A DNA stretch of 64,000 bases from a virus: positions 1 through 64,000 of the IMG/VR virus record IMGVR_UViG_3300035492_000309; one strand, written 5' to 3'. Both the position numbers and the translations under genes were made by a program. Positions 1 through 9,540 of this stretch are shown here, in pieces. Below the pieces are notes generated by a model. The model ran no database searches. It saw only the letters and a program-made list of their open reading frames with translations, and was not told where the DNA came from. Positions within the stretch are counted from its first letter, which is position 1. Each line of letters begins with the position of its first letter.

Positions 1-975
1 TGGTTTGACTTTGACCTGCCAGTCGAAGAAGAAAAGAATGAGGAAGGTCCTGCGTACCTCGTGCAGTTCACCTATAAGTTCAGTTATAGCAAACCTGTTG
101 AGCTGAATGTGGTGTATCCGCAGGTGGTGCACAACCAATTGATTTCACCTCAGTTCATGGTGGTCAAACCTAAGGTCGAAGACCCGCTGCTGCTCCCGTC
201 GTACAAAAGTGACTATCGGTTTTCCTTGGATCATTTCGACTACCTGGCCCGCATTCCTCAGCGCCCTATCGGCGGTCAGGTGGTACCGGACTACGATGAA
301 TGGATTCCTGCCAGCATCGTACCGTACACGACGACATTCATCAGCTGGATGATCGTATTCGAACCCAAGGATTTGCATCTGGCCTTCTCTGCCGATGATG
401 TATTGGCTACCAACTACCTTCCAGAGGTACTGGTCTACCTCAAGCGTCAGGGTAACAAACTGCTGCGCTTAGGTCAGAGCCCGATCCACTTTGCCTTGTA
501 CCGTGACGACCAGCCTATCGCTGACGGCGATCTGGAATACGTCGACACCCCTACGGCATTCGAGATTCGCACCAAGACCCCAGCCGATCTGCGTCAGCGT
601 TATCACCTGCGCATGAGCTTTTGCACTGAACTTGGCAAGTATACCGAAGCCGCTCTGATGGACATGCATGAGAACGGATGGGTGACCTTGCGCTTGTTTC
701 AAACAGTGCTCAATCGTTTGGACGTTGAGGATGCCATTGCCAATCACATGACCGAAGACGGTAAGCTTAGTATCATTTACATCAAGAAGTTCTTCGGTTT
801 CTTGCGGGATCAGGCAGTCGGACGACCGGCCAACAAACCCAGCTTAAGCAATATCAATAACAACCGTCTGGATGATCCAAGCTGGTATAACGATGACACC
901 AGTTTCGGTCGTCGTCTGGACACCCCTTACGTCGAGATTCTGACGATCATCGCTCAGAACCGTAACAAGGTATAA
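1..975 (+). CDS. hypothetical protein, 5' end outside window
   Basis: Frame is open from nt 1 (no stop before the GTG at 61); stop TAA 973-975; next gene starts 5 nt later. No motif recognised. Confidence 0.7.
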   Translation, partial: WFDFDLPVEEEKNEEGPAYLVQFTYKFSYSKPVELNVVYPQVVHNQLISPQFMVVKPKVEDPLLLPSYKSDYRFSLDHFDYLARIPQRPIGGQVVPDYDEWIPASIVPYTTTFISWMIVFEPKDLHLAFSADDVLATNYLPEVLVYLKRQGNKLLRLGQSPIHFALYRDDQPIADGDLEYVDTPTAFEIRTKTPADLRQRYHLRMSFCTELGKYTEAALMDMHENGWVTLRLFQTVLNRLDVEDAIANHMTEDGKLSIIYIKKFFGFLRDQAVGRPANKPSLSNINNNRLDDPSWYNDDTSFGRRLDTPYVEILTIIAQNRNKV

Positions 976-979
976 TCCC

Positions 980-2377
980 ATGCCCGTTCCAACGATTCAG
1001 AACATCGACACCGTAGTCAGACCACCGGAAAACGAACCGGTCAAGATCCAACCCAAGACGTACGTTGGCGCCAGCGTCGATACCAAGGAAGTCCGTTTCG
1101 ATCAACTGACTACCTATATCGCCGGTCAGTCCTGGGACGTGGATTTCTTCTCTCTGGTCAAAGGACGAGACGACGATGCGCGCCCCTTCGAGTCTGACCT
1201 GCACCCGGTCTACCAGCAATACAAGCTGATCAAGGGTTTTGAACTTAAGGTCACAAGTCCCTTGCAGTCGTCACAAGACAGCACCACCAAGGACATGACG
1301 CTCAAAGGCTCTGCCAATGTCTACGGTGTTCTGATCCCCAAAGAGGGTGACGTCTTTCTGGCTGACATCGGCGATGGCCGCGAAGGGATGTTCCATGTGA
1401 CCTCGTCGAACAAGCTGTCGCATTACATGTCGGCAGTTTATGAGATCGAGTACAGTTTGATCAAGTTGTCTAATGAGACGGTTCGCAAAGAGTTGGTGTC
1501 AAAGACGGTTGAGACCGTGGTCTTCCACAAGAACTTCCTTGACACCGGTAACACGCCACTGCTCAGCGAAGAACACACCCAGCTCGTCAACAACATGACC
1601 GAGCACTATGCCAGGTTGATCCAGTTGTACTTCCATGATTTCTTCAGCCGTGAGCGTAAAACCCTACTGGTGCCGAATCAACCTCGGGTTACGTATGACC
1701 CGTTCTTGGTACGGTATGTGAAAACCATCCTGACCACGGACGACCATCCGCTCCTGCGACACATGGTGGAACTTAATGTACAGGGTGACCAGACCATGTA
1801 CGAGTTCACCCTATGGAACTGCCTGGAAACGATGGATCATGCATTGCTCTCCATGAGTGTGCACCAAGCAGGTCTGGTAGACGTCAGTAAGTTCTTCAAT
1901 CGTCGCCCAACCTTGAACAGCATTTACTATTCAGGTGTCGAGGCGGTGGTGTATCCAGACCTGACGCCAACTCATGTCGATGCCGGTTACAGTGGGTTTG
2001 TCGATCAAGAACTCCAAGACCTGGTTCGCGGTTGTGCGCGTTTCCGCGAACTCAATCGTCTGTTCAAACCGACCTTGGAACTGGACCCGACCTTCGAGGT
2101 CTATGAGTCCATCGCCCCCGAGCGTGCGCCTCAGATCAAACGTGTGACAGTGGATGACTATTACGTCCTCAGTCAAGCGTTCTATGAGCACACAGCGACG
2201 ACCAAGCTCAGCAAGCTTGAGACGCTAACCCTCGCTGCACTCAAGGGCGAGGCGATCGATATCCGTCTGTTGGATCTGCTCTGCACCCATGCCCCTCGTT
2301 GGGATAACGTCGAGCGGTTTTACTACTTCCCTATCCTGTTCACCCTGCTTCGGGTGTATCGTCGGAGAATCAAATGA
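980..2377 (+). CDS. hypothetical protein (465 aa)
   Basis: ATG 980 right after upstream stop; ATGA overlap with next gene at 2374-2377; long ORF with only short antisense shadows. Confidence 0.8.
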   Translation: MPVPTIQNIDTVVRPPENEPVKIQPKTYVGASVDTKEVRFDQLTTYIAGQSWDVDFFSLVKGRDDDARPFESDLHPVYQQYKLIKGFELKVTSPLQSSQDSTTKDMTLKGSANVYGVLIPKEGDVFLADIGDGREGMFHVTSSNKLSHYMSAVYEIEYSLIKLSNETVRKELVSKTVETVVFHKNFLDTGNTPLLSEEHTQLVNNMTEHYARLIQLYFHDFFSRERKTLLVPNQPRVTYDPFLVRYVKTILTTDDHPLLRHMVELNVQGDQTMYEFTLWNCLETMDHALLSMSVHQAGLVDVSKFFNRRPTLNSIYYSGVEAVVYPDLTPTHVDAGYSGFVDQELQDLVRGCARFRELNRLFKPTLELDPTFEVYESIAPERAPQIKRVTVDDYYVLSQAFYEHTATTKLSKLETLTLAALKGEAIDIRLLDLLCTHAPRWDNVERFYYFPILFTLLRVYRRRIK

Positions 2378-2949
2378 GTCGGAAATACGATGACCCCGCA
2401 GAAGTGCGTCGGCATATTTTCCACACCACGTACCTTTATGCGATCCCAGGCTACTACCGCTATTCGAAAGAATACAACGAGAAAGTTGGTCATCTGCACA
2501 CAGGTTCGAAAGAGCTCAATCAGCGCTATATGACCGAGTACGTCAATATTGGTGGCACCATCGCCGATATTCTCAAGCTCTACAAGCAAGGGGCTGACAT
2601 CAAATTCCAGAACCCCCGCGAAGACCTCGTTACCATTTACGAGGTGATCAGCGCACACCTGGGATTTTGGGCGGATTATGTCAACAACGATCCGAACGTC
2701 AAAGATGCACCCCTCGATTCCCTGTACCTGATGTCCGACTTTGCCCAGACCATCAAAGATCAGGTCGTCGGCTTCAAGCCAGATATCAAAGATGTCCCTG
2801 AACTGCGTCGGGTCTCCAGCCTGTTTGGTAACCTGCCGGGGGCTCATGAACTGTTCAACACATCGGCAGTGGGTGTGGACGTGCAGGAAACTTCACCGCT
2901 CATGGACCGCATTGAGCGGCTGCTGGCTGAGCGCAACAAGAGACACTAA
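2374..2949 (+). CDS. hypothetical protein (191 aa)
   Basis: Translationally coupled ATGA start; uninterrupted ORF. Confidence 0.75.
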   Translation: MSRKYDDPAEVRRHIFHTTYLYAIPGYYRYSKEYNEKVGHLHTGSKELNQRYMTEYVNIGGTIADILKLYKQGADIKFQNPREDLVTIYEVISAHLGFWADYVNNDPNVKDAPLDSLYLMSDFAQTIKDQVVGFKPDIKDVPELRRVSSLFGNLPGAHELFNTSAVGVDVQETSPLMDRIERLLAERNKRH

Positions 2950-2964
2950 ATCAAAAGGGTGCGT

Positions 2965-4332
2965 ATGGAATTCTCCCAAACAACCCTTGGAGCAGAACTT
3001 GAGCTGATCCAGCGTGAGGGCGTTGATTCATATTACGCTTATGACGCTGTATTTGTCACTGAGCGGGAAGAGATTCCCGCCTTGACTGTGATCAGTCGCG
3101 ACGTCATCCGTGATTACCGCAAGGCGATCACGGATGAGGTCTTACTCAAGGTTGCTGTCCAATGGGGTCAGTATCTTCATCGGGTTTTGCCATTTAAGGA
3201 AAACCTTAAGCTTACGCTCACTCGTCGGACCCTCTCACACTCAGGTGTGGAGGTGACCGACAGTGTATTGGAGCAGACATATCTCGTACGCCTGCCCCTG
3301 GAGTCTGAAACCGGGATGCTCGCCGACAGTCCCGAGACCTCTAGCGAGTATGCCTCAGACCTGACTGGCATAAGGATCGTTCAGGTTCAGCTTCAAGAGG
3401 AGGCATTTGACCAAATACGCACCGAGATTGTCGGTGGGGTGTTTCGCGACAGTCGGCCTTACGATGTCCTCCTTTCCCTACTCATGAACTCGATGCGCAA
3501 CATGGACATCGATCAAGAGAACGCGATTCGAGGGATCACTGCGGTCGAACCGAACAATCAAGTCAAACGCAGTAACATAGTTCTGCCGCACGGCATCCCG
3601 CTGGTGCAGGTCGCCGATAAGCTACAGACGCAATATGGCGGCATTTACAGCACTGGGATCGGGTGTTACCTGCAAAAGGACATGTGGTATATCTGGCCTC
3701 TGTATAACTACAAACGCTATGATGAGGCTGAACGCACGGCACTGTTCATCCTGGCGCCTTCTAAGCGTTACCGCGGCATTGAGTATACGTACCGGGTTCA
3801 GGATAAGCATTTTGTCGCCTTGATCACCGGTGGTGTCAATCGTCTCGATCCGTCTGAGACCCGACTGCTCAATGAAGGTAATGGAACGCGTTTCGTCGAC
3901 AGCAGCACGATGATGCAAGGGTTTTTTGAGGTCTCTGGCAATAAAGCCGTGGCAAAAAGAACTAACAATGCAAATGAGTACGAGGCAATCCAACGCAAAG
4001 GCACTAGCATGTCCAGGGTTTCTGAGAACATGGCTCAGTCCAATGCGTTTCATGAAGCCAGTCGCTTGGCCGAACGAAATGGCGCCTACTTTGTCATGAA
4101 CTGGGAGAACAGTGATCCTGATCTGATCATTCCAGGCCTTCAGTGCGAGGTAGGGTTTATCGTCAATGGAGAGCCTGCGTTTGTCAATGGTGTAGTGGTC
4201 CACGCCCATGCGTACTCGGCGTTAGCGGGTACCGGGTTGCATCAGAAAGCTCATCAGACCACTACAGAAGTCGTGGTCATGGTCGATCGCCTAGCCCCAG
4301 GCTACCAAGCCTTCCTAGACGAACAGAGTTAA
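2965..4332 (+). CDS. hypothetical protein (about 455 aa)
   Basis: ORF opens at GTG 2959; ATG 2965 has AAGGG 6 nt upstream; long ORF. Confidence 0.8.
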   Translation: MEFSQTTLGAELELIQREGVDSYYAYDAVFVTEREEIPALTVISRDVIRDYRKAITDEVLLKVAVQWGQYLHRVLPFKENLKLTLTRRTLSHSGVEVTDSVLEQTYLVRLPLESETGMLADSPETSSEYASDLTGIRIVQVQLQEEAFDQIRTEIVGGVFRDSRPYDVLLSLLMNSMRNMDIDQENAIRGITAVEPNNQVKRSNIVLPHGIPLVQVADKLQTQYGGIYSTGIGCYLQKDMWYIWPLYNYKRYDEAERTALFILAPSKRYRGIEYTYRVQDKHFVALITGGVNRLDPSETRLLNEGNGTRFVDSSTMMQGFFEVSGNKAVAKRTNNANEYEAIQRKGTSMSRVSENMAQSNAFHEASRLAERNGAYFVMNWENSDPDLIIPGLQCEVGFIVNGEPAFVNGVVVHAHAYSALAGTGLHQKAHQTTTEVVVMVDRLAPGYQAFLDEQS

Positions 4333-4380
4333 TTTCAACCCTACATTATAGAACTGAACCACAACCTGAGGTCCACAGCC

Positions 4381-5223
4381 ATGTATGAACATCATACGCT
4401 GGGGAGGATAAAGGTCCGGGCAGGAGAAATACTTACCTTTACATACGACGAATCCATCCCCGAAAAGAAACGTCATATCACAGTGGTGGCCCTTGCTGAC
4501 ATCGATCTCAGTGATGAGATGGCCACCTTCTGTGAGGGCGTTAATCGATCCTCACGCGATATATTCACTGAAGAAGCCTTGCCCGGCTTCGTTCAGTACC
4601 TGACAGAGAAACGCCTGCTGCACATCGGCAATGAGGTGAAAGTTCACTTCGGTACCATGCGCCGTCCGGCTGCTCGCTTGATGGATGAATATCGCTTCAA
4701 GCTCAACCCAGAGTCCTTCTGGGAGGCTAAACTGCTTCACCGTTATGAGTCGAACTCGTTTACGGTGTTCAATCATCAGAACCATTTACTGACTGTGATG
4801 GCGGGTATTGATAGCCCGTTCGTTGCACTGGCCAGTATCATTGATCTACAAGGAGAAGTATTGGGTACGGCTCGGTTATCCGTGATATCGGATCACCGTC
4901 ATACCCTCATCGATGATAACGACATCGAAAGGCTTCGACTGGCCTTGCAGGCCGATATCTCATTGCACGTCGATGAGATCGCTGTGCTGGTAACTGAAAT
5001 CGAGATTATTTCCAATCCTGATTTTGGCATCAATGCATTCTCGCGTCACTTAGCACCACCTTCTTCTAACCCCATTTCATCCACACATGACACAGGGAAA
5101 CTCGATGAACACGTCCACGCTATCTCGGAAGCCACGCCAGCCCTCGCGCACCAGCGATCTGAGCAGCCTCGGGGAGCTGATGAGCCTCAATGGGATCAAG
5201 CCGGCACCGCAGCCACAGCCTGA
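4381..5223 (+). CDS. hypothetical protein (280 aa)
   Basis: ATG with GAGG 9 nt upstream; low-complexity C-terminal tail overlaps the next ORF out of frame. Confidence 0.7.
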   Translation: MYEHHTLGRIKVRAGEILTFTYDESIPEKKRHITVVALADIDLSDEMATFCEGVNRSSRDIFTEEALPGFVQYLTEKRLLHIGNEVKVHFGTMRRPAARLMDEYRFKLNPESFWEAKLLHRYESNSFTVFNHQNHLLTVMAGIDSPFVALASIIDLQGEVLGTARLSVISDHRHTLIDDNDIERLRLALQADISLHVDEIAVLVTEIEIISNPDFGINAFSRHLAPPSSNPISSTHDTGKLDEHVHAISEATPALAHQRSEQPRGADEPQWDQAGTAATA

Positions 5224-5398
5224 ACCCTTGGTGTTCACCGGCGAGCTGAACAAGTTCTATTCCACCACCCGCAACGGCCAGACCACCCAAATCTTCCTGA
5301 TCTCGGTCAAGAAAGATACGGTGACCTATAAGAACAAGCCAGAAGACAAGCATGCCAACACCATGCCACTGGCCAAGTTCCTGAAGTTCTACAAGTAA
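5105..5398 (+). CDS. hypothetical small protein
   Basis: ORF 5087-5398; ATG 5105 preceded by AGGGAAA. Start uncertain (5087, 5105 or 5180). Followed by hairpin 5401-5434. Confidence 0.5.
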   Translation: MNTSTLSRKPRQPSRTSDLSSLGELMSLNGIKPAPQPQPEPLVFTGELNKFYSTTRNGQTTQIFLISVKKDTVTYKNKPEDKHANTMPLAKFLKFYK

Positions 5399-5400
5399 CA

Positions 5401-5434
5401 GCATACAGGGAGGGCGTCGGCCCTCCCTGTATGC
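5401..5434 (+). terminator. 15-bp perfect hairpin of the CATA(C/G)AG...TATGCCG family
   Basis: GCATACAGGGAGGGC-GTCG-GCCCTCCCTGTATGC; TATGCCG at 5430-5436; no U-tract. Confidence 0.55.
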
Positions 5435-5454
5435 CGTCTATCATGAGGGTTGTC

Positions 5455-5841
5455 ATGTATCGCATTACTCAGCTATACACTCGTACTCGTCACGGTTGGG
5501 TTCCAGCTACCTCATTCATTGTTAACTTAAAGACCAACGATCAAAGCGTTCGCAGTTATTTAGGTGCTTTTTTCGGTCCGTTGGTTGAACGTAGTCAATC
5601 AGAATGGGAATCTGAAAGCTGGCCAACAGAACAAGATGTCATTTCCCACGGGCCAAGAGGCACTATCAGCGCTAAGCAGTACGATGAGTTAGAGTCTCGT
5701 GCCGCTGCAGAATACAACGCCTTGTGGAATGAGCGACAAATCGCTAAGAAACAGTCCAAGCAACAGCCCCGCAAACGCTGGCCCTGGGTCGTTACAGGGA
5801 TACTCATTGCCACGGCTCTGCTGCTGTGGATAGTCTTATAA
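5455..5841 (+). CDS. hypothetical protein with C-terminal transmembrane anchor
   Basis: ORF from 5431, but that ATG lies inside the hairpin/TATGCCG motif. ATG 5455 follows GAGGG. C-terminus WPWVVTGILIATALLLWIVL is hydrophobic. Confidence 0.6.
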   Translation: MYRITQLYTRTRHGWVPATSFIVNLKTNDQSVRSYLGAFFGPLVERSQSEWESESWPTEQDVISHGPRGTISAKQYDELESRAAAEYNALWNERQIAKKQSKQQPRKRWPWVVTGILIATALLLWIVL

Positions 5842-6564
5842 CTGATCGTTGTACAGTGCTGTAATCTCAGCCTGGGTCAGTTCTCGGTCGAATCGTGAGA
5901 CATCACGCTGGTAACCATTGGAGGCTTCTTCATTATGTCCGACACCCATTCTCATCTGACCTGCCGGGACAGTGAGCGTGATCGAAAATGTACTCGATAG
6001 CACACCGTTGACGTATATTCTCAATCGTCCAGCAGTGTAGGTGAACGTCACCATCGACCATTGGTTCATCGCCAGAGCGGTGGCCGCAACTTGAGATCCT
6101 CCAAGACTCTGCGCGTACAGATAAGGGCGGCCTGGAAACACCCCGGTCGCACCGAGTTTTAGAGCAAAATAAGCTTGGCCATCTGCGTGCGTCAACAGAT
6201 GACTGTATGAGGCGATACTGACTGGGTAATACCAAAGGTTGATTGTCCAAGGCCCGCTACCTAAGGCAATGCTGGGTGTGGTCGCATAGCCACCACTGAC
6301 CAGCCTCAGGGCGAGTTTCCCCGCAATGGATTGAAAGCTTGCGCCAGCAGATAAAGCCACTGATGTCATGGTGATGTAATCGGCCCTGACACCATCAAGC
6401 CCCCACCAGTTAAGTAGACCGTTGGACACAACCAAGCGTTTGTAAAAGGTTCTCCACGTCCCACTTACTTTGACCGAGCCTCGAACCACTTCTTTCCATG
6501 ATGAAAGGACCTTGATTCGTAAGACAACATTGCGCCAGATCCCTGACACCTTAGTTTTGAACAT
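5836..6564 (-). CDS. LamG / concanavalin-A-like lectin domain protein
   Basis: C-terminal pattern ...WSMVTFTYTAGRLRIYVNGVL...GYQRDVSRFDRELTQAEITALYND is typical of Laminin_G_3 domains. N-terminus has KVSG(I/T)WR repeats. Lone minus-strand gene. Confidence 0.6.
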   Translation of the reverse strand: MFKTKVSGIWRNVVLRIKVLSSWKEVVRGSVKVSGTWRTFYKRLVVSNGLLNWWGLDGVRADYITMTSVALSAGASFQSIAGKLALRLVSGGYATTPSIALGSGPWTINLWYYPVSIASYSHLLTHADGQAYFALKLGATGVFPGRPYLYAQSLGGSQVAATALAMNQWSMVTFTYTAGRLRIYVNGVLSSTFSITLTVPAGQMRMGVGHNEEASNGYQRDVSRFDRELTQAEITALYNDQL

Positions 6565-6661
6565 GGGACAGCCCTTACAGAAAATTATGTCATAGGATTT
6601 GGCTGTAAAAACAAACCCCCTCTCTCAATACTGTGATCATACCCTAGTGAGGCTGTAACGC

Positions 6662-7210
6662 ATGTCTATCACCAACCGTGTAATCAAGTTCGAAAGCCGC
6701 GCTGCATTGGACCTAGCGTTCCTTGACGGCAAATTGCATGCCGATGAAATCTTCCATACTGAGCGTGACAACCGTTACTGGAAGCTCGATATCACCGGTC
6801 GTGGCTTCGTTGAAACCAAGGGCCATGAAGAAACCCACATTCTTATTTGGTGGATGAACAACTGGGCGCTGATGGGTTCGCTACACATCCAGGAAGCGGC
6901 TGATCGTGGTGAAGGTAACTTCCCGGTACTGCCTGGACATCTGAAGATGGCACTGCGTCAGGCAGAAAACACCCAAGTGTATTTCGGCCAGCTGATTCCA
7001 CCGGTTACGCTGAGTGCGATCGTCGATACCGAACTGCTCACGGACGTGGAAGGCGAAGACACACTCACGGCCATCCTCAGTAATGGTTACTTCGGTATTC
7101 CCTTTGAGATCACCCATTACGACACGGTCAAGAAGTACGCGGGCATCGTCACCACCCCAGAGCTGAAAGTTCCGGACCTGTGCGCCCTGCGCGAACAACT
7201 GAAGGAATGA
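6662..7210 (+). CDS. hypothetical protein (182 aa)
   Basis: ATG start, clean ORF, no motif recognised. Confidence 0.7.
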   Translation: MSITNRVIKFESRAALDLAFLDGKLHADEIFHTERDNRYWKLDITGRGFVETKGHEETHILIWWMNNWALMGSLHIQEAADRGEGNFPVLPGHLKMALRQAENTQVYFGQLIPPVTLSAIVDTELLTDVEGEDTLTAILSNGYFGIPFEITHYDTVKKYAGIVTTPELKVPDLCALREQLKE

Positions 7211-7335
7211 ACCATGGTCGAACAGGTCGTTGACACGGCACTGATGTTTTCACAGGAAGGTTGGCTGATGGCCTACTTCGGCTTTATCGGTGGTTCGTTA
7301 TTGGGTTATTGGGCAGGTACAGCCGGGGGTTAGAG

Positions 7336-8034
7336 ATGGATTTGTGGAAGAGTGCGGGTTGGGAATGGTCGTTCACTTGGTGCGGTGTAGGCAGTCGTGA
7401 GGTTCCAGAGGAACATGTACCTACCCTGATGTGGGTAGGGCGGTGCATGGCCCTGCTTGGCGGGGTATTGTGCACCGGCGATGCGCCAGGCTCTGACACG
7501 TACTTCTACCTCGGGTATAACCAAGGTAAACGCGACAACATGCCACCGGCGCAGGTGTACTACACCCGTTTGAAGAAACAACGCGCGGGACTCTTCCACG
7601 ATCCACTCAACGGTATGCATGAGGCTGAACGTTACGAGACCTACGAGGCTGCTAAGGCACTGGCATTCAAAGCCCGTGGCAGTTTCGAGGGACTCTTCCC
7701 AAGTGGGATTGCCCTCCATACCCGCAACGCATTTCAGGTGTTGTCGGAGGAATTGTGTTTCCCACGTTGGGTAACGGTCTTTTGGGCAGAACCTGCCAAT
7801 AAGAAACAGACCAGATGGAAAGGAGGAACGAACACAAGTATCCAAATATCCATAATGCATGGAGTCCCTCGCGTTAACCTCTATGTTAAGGAGGAGCGAG
7901 AAAAGTTTATTGACTGGGTCAAGAAGCAATTGATCAAGAAAGGTATCACAATTCCTTCAATGGAGGCAATTGATGTCAACATTAGTCGACCTGAGCGGGA
8001 GGACATACGGTCGACTAACCGTAATCTCCCGTGA
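7336..8034 (+). CDS. DprA/Smf-like (SLOG-type Rossmann fold) protein, tentative
   Basis: CGVGSREVP...LGGVLCTGDAPGSDTYFYLG...HTRNAFQVL...KGGTNTSIQ follows the GSR / SG-A-G-D / RN / GGT order of DprA-like proteins. ATG 7336 follows GGGGGTTAGAG. Confidence 0.4.
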   Translation: MDLWKSAGWEWSFTWCGVGSREVPEEHVPTLMWVGRCMALLGGVLCTGDAPGSDTYFYLGYNQGKRDNMPPAQVYYTRLKKQRAGLFHDPLNGMHEAERYETYEAAKALAFKARGSFEGLFPSGIALHTRNAFQVLSEELCFPRWVTVFWAEPANKKQTRWKGGTNTSIQISIMHGVPRVNLYVKEEREKFIDWVKKQLIKKGITIPSMEAIDVNISRPEREDIRSTNRNLP

Positions 8035-8656
8035 TGGAAATATGTACGGGAAAACCGCATGGTCATGTAAGTGCCAATGTGGGGCTGAGTTACGGGTCTG
8101 TGGCGCTGATCTAAAAACAGGCAACAAGAAAAGTTGTGGATGTCTCAAGGTAGATGTAACTAGGCAGAAGAATTATTCACACGGTTTAACTGACAGTATC
8201 GAATATAAGACCTGGCGTCGAATGAAAGAAAGGTGTTATAACCCAAACGCGATAAATTACGCAGACTATGGCGGTCGGGGTATTTCGGTTTGCCCCAGAT
8301 GGCGTGAGTCGTTTGAGGATTTCTATAAAGACATGGGTCCTCGGCCCGGCCCAGGGTACAGCATCGAACGTAAGAATGTTAATGCCGGATATTCCAAAGG
8401 CAACTGTCGCTGGGCAACCAGGAAGGAACAAGACAGAAACAAACGCAACAACCGTTTAGTTGAATTCGAAGGACGTACTCTAACGGTTGTGGAACTCGCA
8501 GAAATGCTGGACGTGTCCTACAATAAGCTCTATCATCATTTGTTCCAGTGTAATTGGTCAGTTACCAAAAAAGAACTCACGAAACGCGGGATTGAAGTCC
8601 CTCCCATGCCACAGGAGCCTGTCCATGCGCAAACAGAAGATTTACATCGGTCGTAG
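7973..8656 (+). CDS. free-standing HNH/AP2-type homing-endonuclease-like protein (paralog of 14527-15237)
   Basis: GRTYGRLTV...W.C.CQCG...SCGC, then YKTWRRMKERCYNPN...YGGRGISVCPRW..F..FYKDMGPRP..GYSIERKN.N.GYSKGNCRWAT..EQ. GGAGG RBS before ATG 7973. Overlaps the upstream gene by 62 nt. Visibly lower GC. Confidence 0.5.
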   Translation: MSTLVDLSGRTYGRLTVISRDGNMYGKTAWSCKCQCGAELRVCGADLKTGNKKSCGCLKVDVTRQKNYSHGLTDSIEYKTWRRMKERCYNPNAINYADYGGRGISVCPRWRESFEDFYKDMGPRPGPGYSIERKNVNAGYSKGNCRWATRKEQDRNKRNNRLVEFEGRTLTVVELAEMLDVSYNKLYHHLFQCNWSVTKKELTKRGIEVPPMPQEPVHAQTEDLHRS

Positions 8657-8772
8657 AAGAAAGAATCGTCGCCGTGGCACACCCTGGTTCAGGAAACGGA
8701 TCAAGATGACATTTACCGAAACCACAGCCAACCCAGTTCGAGATTTTCTGGACCGGTGGTTCAATCTAGTTA

Positions 8773-9462
8773 ATGAAGGAACATCAAGTGAAAATACCCA
8801 GTCTCTCTAACGCCCCTGGATTCTTCATCGCCCTAGAAGGCATCGACGCCACCGGCAAAACTACCATTGCTAACATGGTGAGCGAGTTCATGCAGCGTCA
8901 TGAGGTCGACTTCATCAGGACCCGTGAGCCTGGCGGTACGCCTTCTGCCGAAATCCTGCGTGAACTGGTTATCTGGGGTACTGGCGAAGGCAAGGACGAC
9001 TGGTGTCACATGACCGAAGCGTTGTTGTACATCGCCAGCCGGGTCCAGCACACCGAAGTCTTGATCAAACCGCAACTGGAAGCCGGTAAGCTGGTCTTCT
9101 GTGAGCGTTACTATGATTCGACGTACGCTCACCAAGGCGGCGGGCGAAAGATCGATGTACCGACGCTCAAGCAGCTTCATGCCCTGACCATCGGTAGCTT
9201 CAAACCCGACCTCATCATCTTGCTCGATGGTGATCCCGTAGTCCTTCGTCATCGCATGATTGGCCGCGGCCGATTGGATCGTCTGGAAAAGGAAGGGCTC
9301 GAATTCCAACAGCGCAGTCGGCAGATCCACCTAGAGCAGGTCCGGGAAGATCCGGGTCGGTACCTAATGGTGAACGTCGAACGTCCTCTCGAGGAGGTCT
9401 TTGCCGAGATCGAGCAGGCGCTGCTGAGTGTTCTGAAGCACCACTTTAAGAAAGCGGTTTAA
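8773..9462 (+). CDS. tmk: thymidylate kinase
   Basis: P-loop FIALEGIDATGKTT, ERYYDSTYAHQGGG (DRY-like motif), LID region RGRLDRLE. Start could also be GTG 8788. Confidence 0.9.
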   Translation: MKEHQVKIPSLSNAPGFFIALEGIDATGKTTIANMVSEFMQRHEVDFIRTREPGGTPSAEILRELVIWGTGEGKDDWCHMTEALLYIASRVQHTEVLIKPQLEAGKLVFCERYYDSTYAHQGGGRKIDVPTLKQLHALTIGSFKPDLIILLDGDPVVLRHRMIGRGRLDRLEKEGLEFQQRSRQIHLEQVREDPGRYLMVNVERPLEEVFAEIEQALLSVLKHHFKKAV

Positions 9463-9470
9463 CCATACAG

Positions 9471-9490
9471 GCGGTGGGGTGTCCCACCGC
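9471..9490 (+). terminator. hairpin after tmk
   Basis: GCGGTGGG-GTGT-CCCACCGC followed by TTTATGC. Confidence 0.5.
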
Positions 9491-9540
9491 TTTATGCATT
9501 AACCAACTCACACGTGAACGAGAGCTAAAGGAAATCTAAA

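Noticed and set aside
4381-5398. Programmed ribosomal frameshift joining 4381-5223 to 5087-5398
   Set aside because: The downstream ORF is in the +1 frame. I could not see a slippery heptamer or a stimulatory structure in the 119-137 nt overlap, and an internal ATG with a weak RBS exists (5105). I treat this as a plain overlap, but proteomics could revisit it.
5431-5454. ATG of the TATGCCGTCT motif used as the start codon (ORFs 5431 and 22786 both begin MPS)
   Set aside because: These ATGs lie inside the 3' arm of the conserved hairpin and have no RBS. RBS-preceded ATGs are found at 5455 and 22813.
8487-8810. 107-aa ORF bridging the endonuclease-like gene and tmk
   Set aside because: It overlaps both well-supported genes out of frame, is Arg/Lys-rich and low in complexity, and has no RBS.
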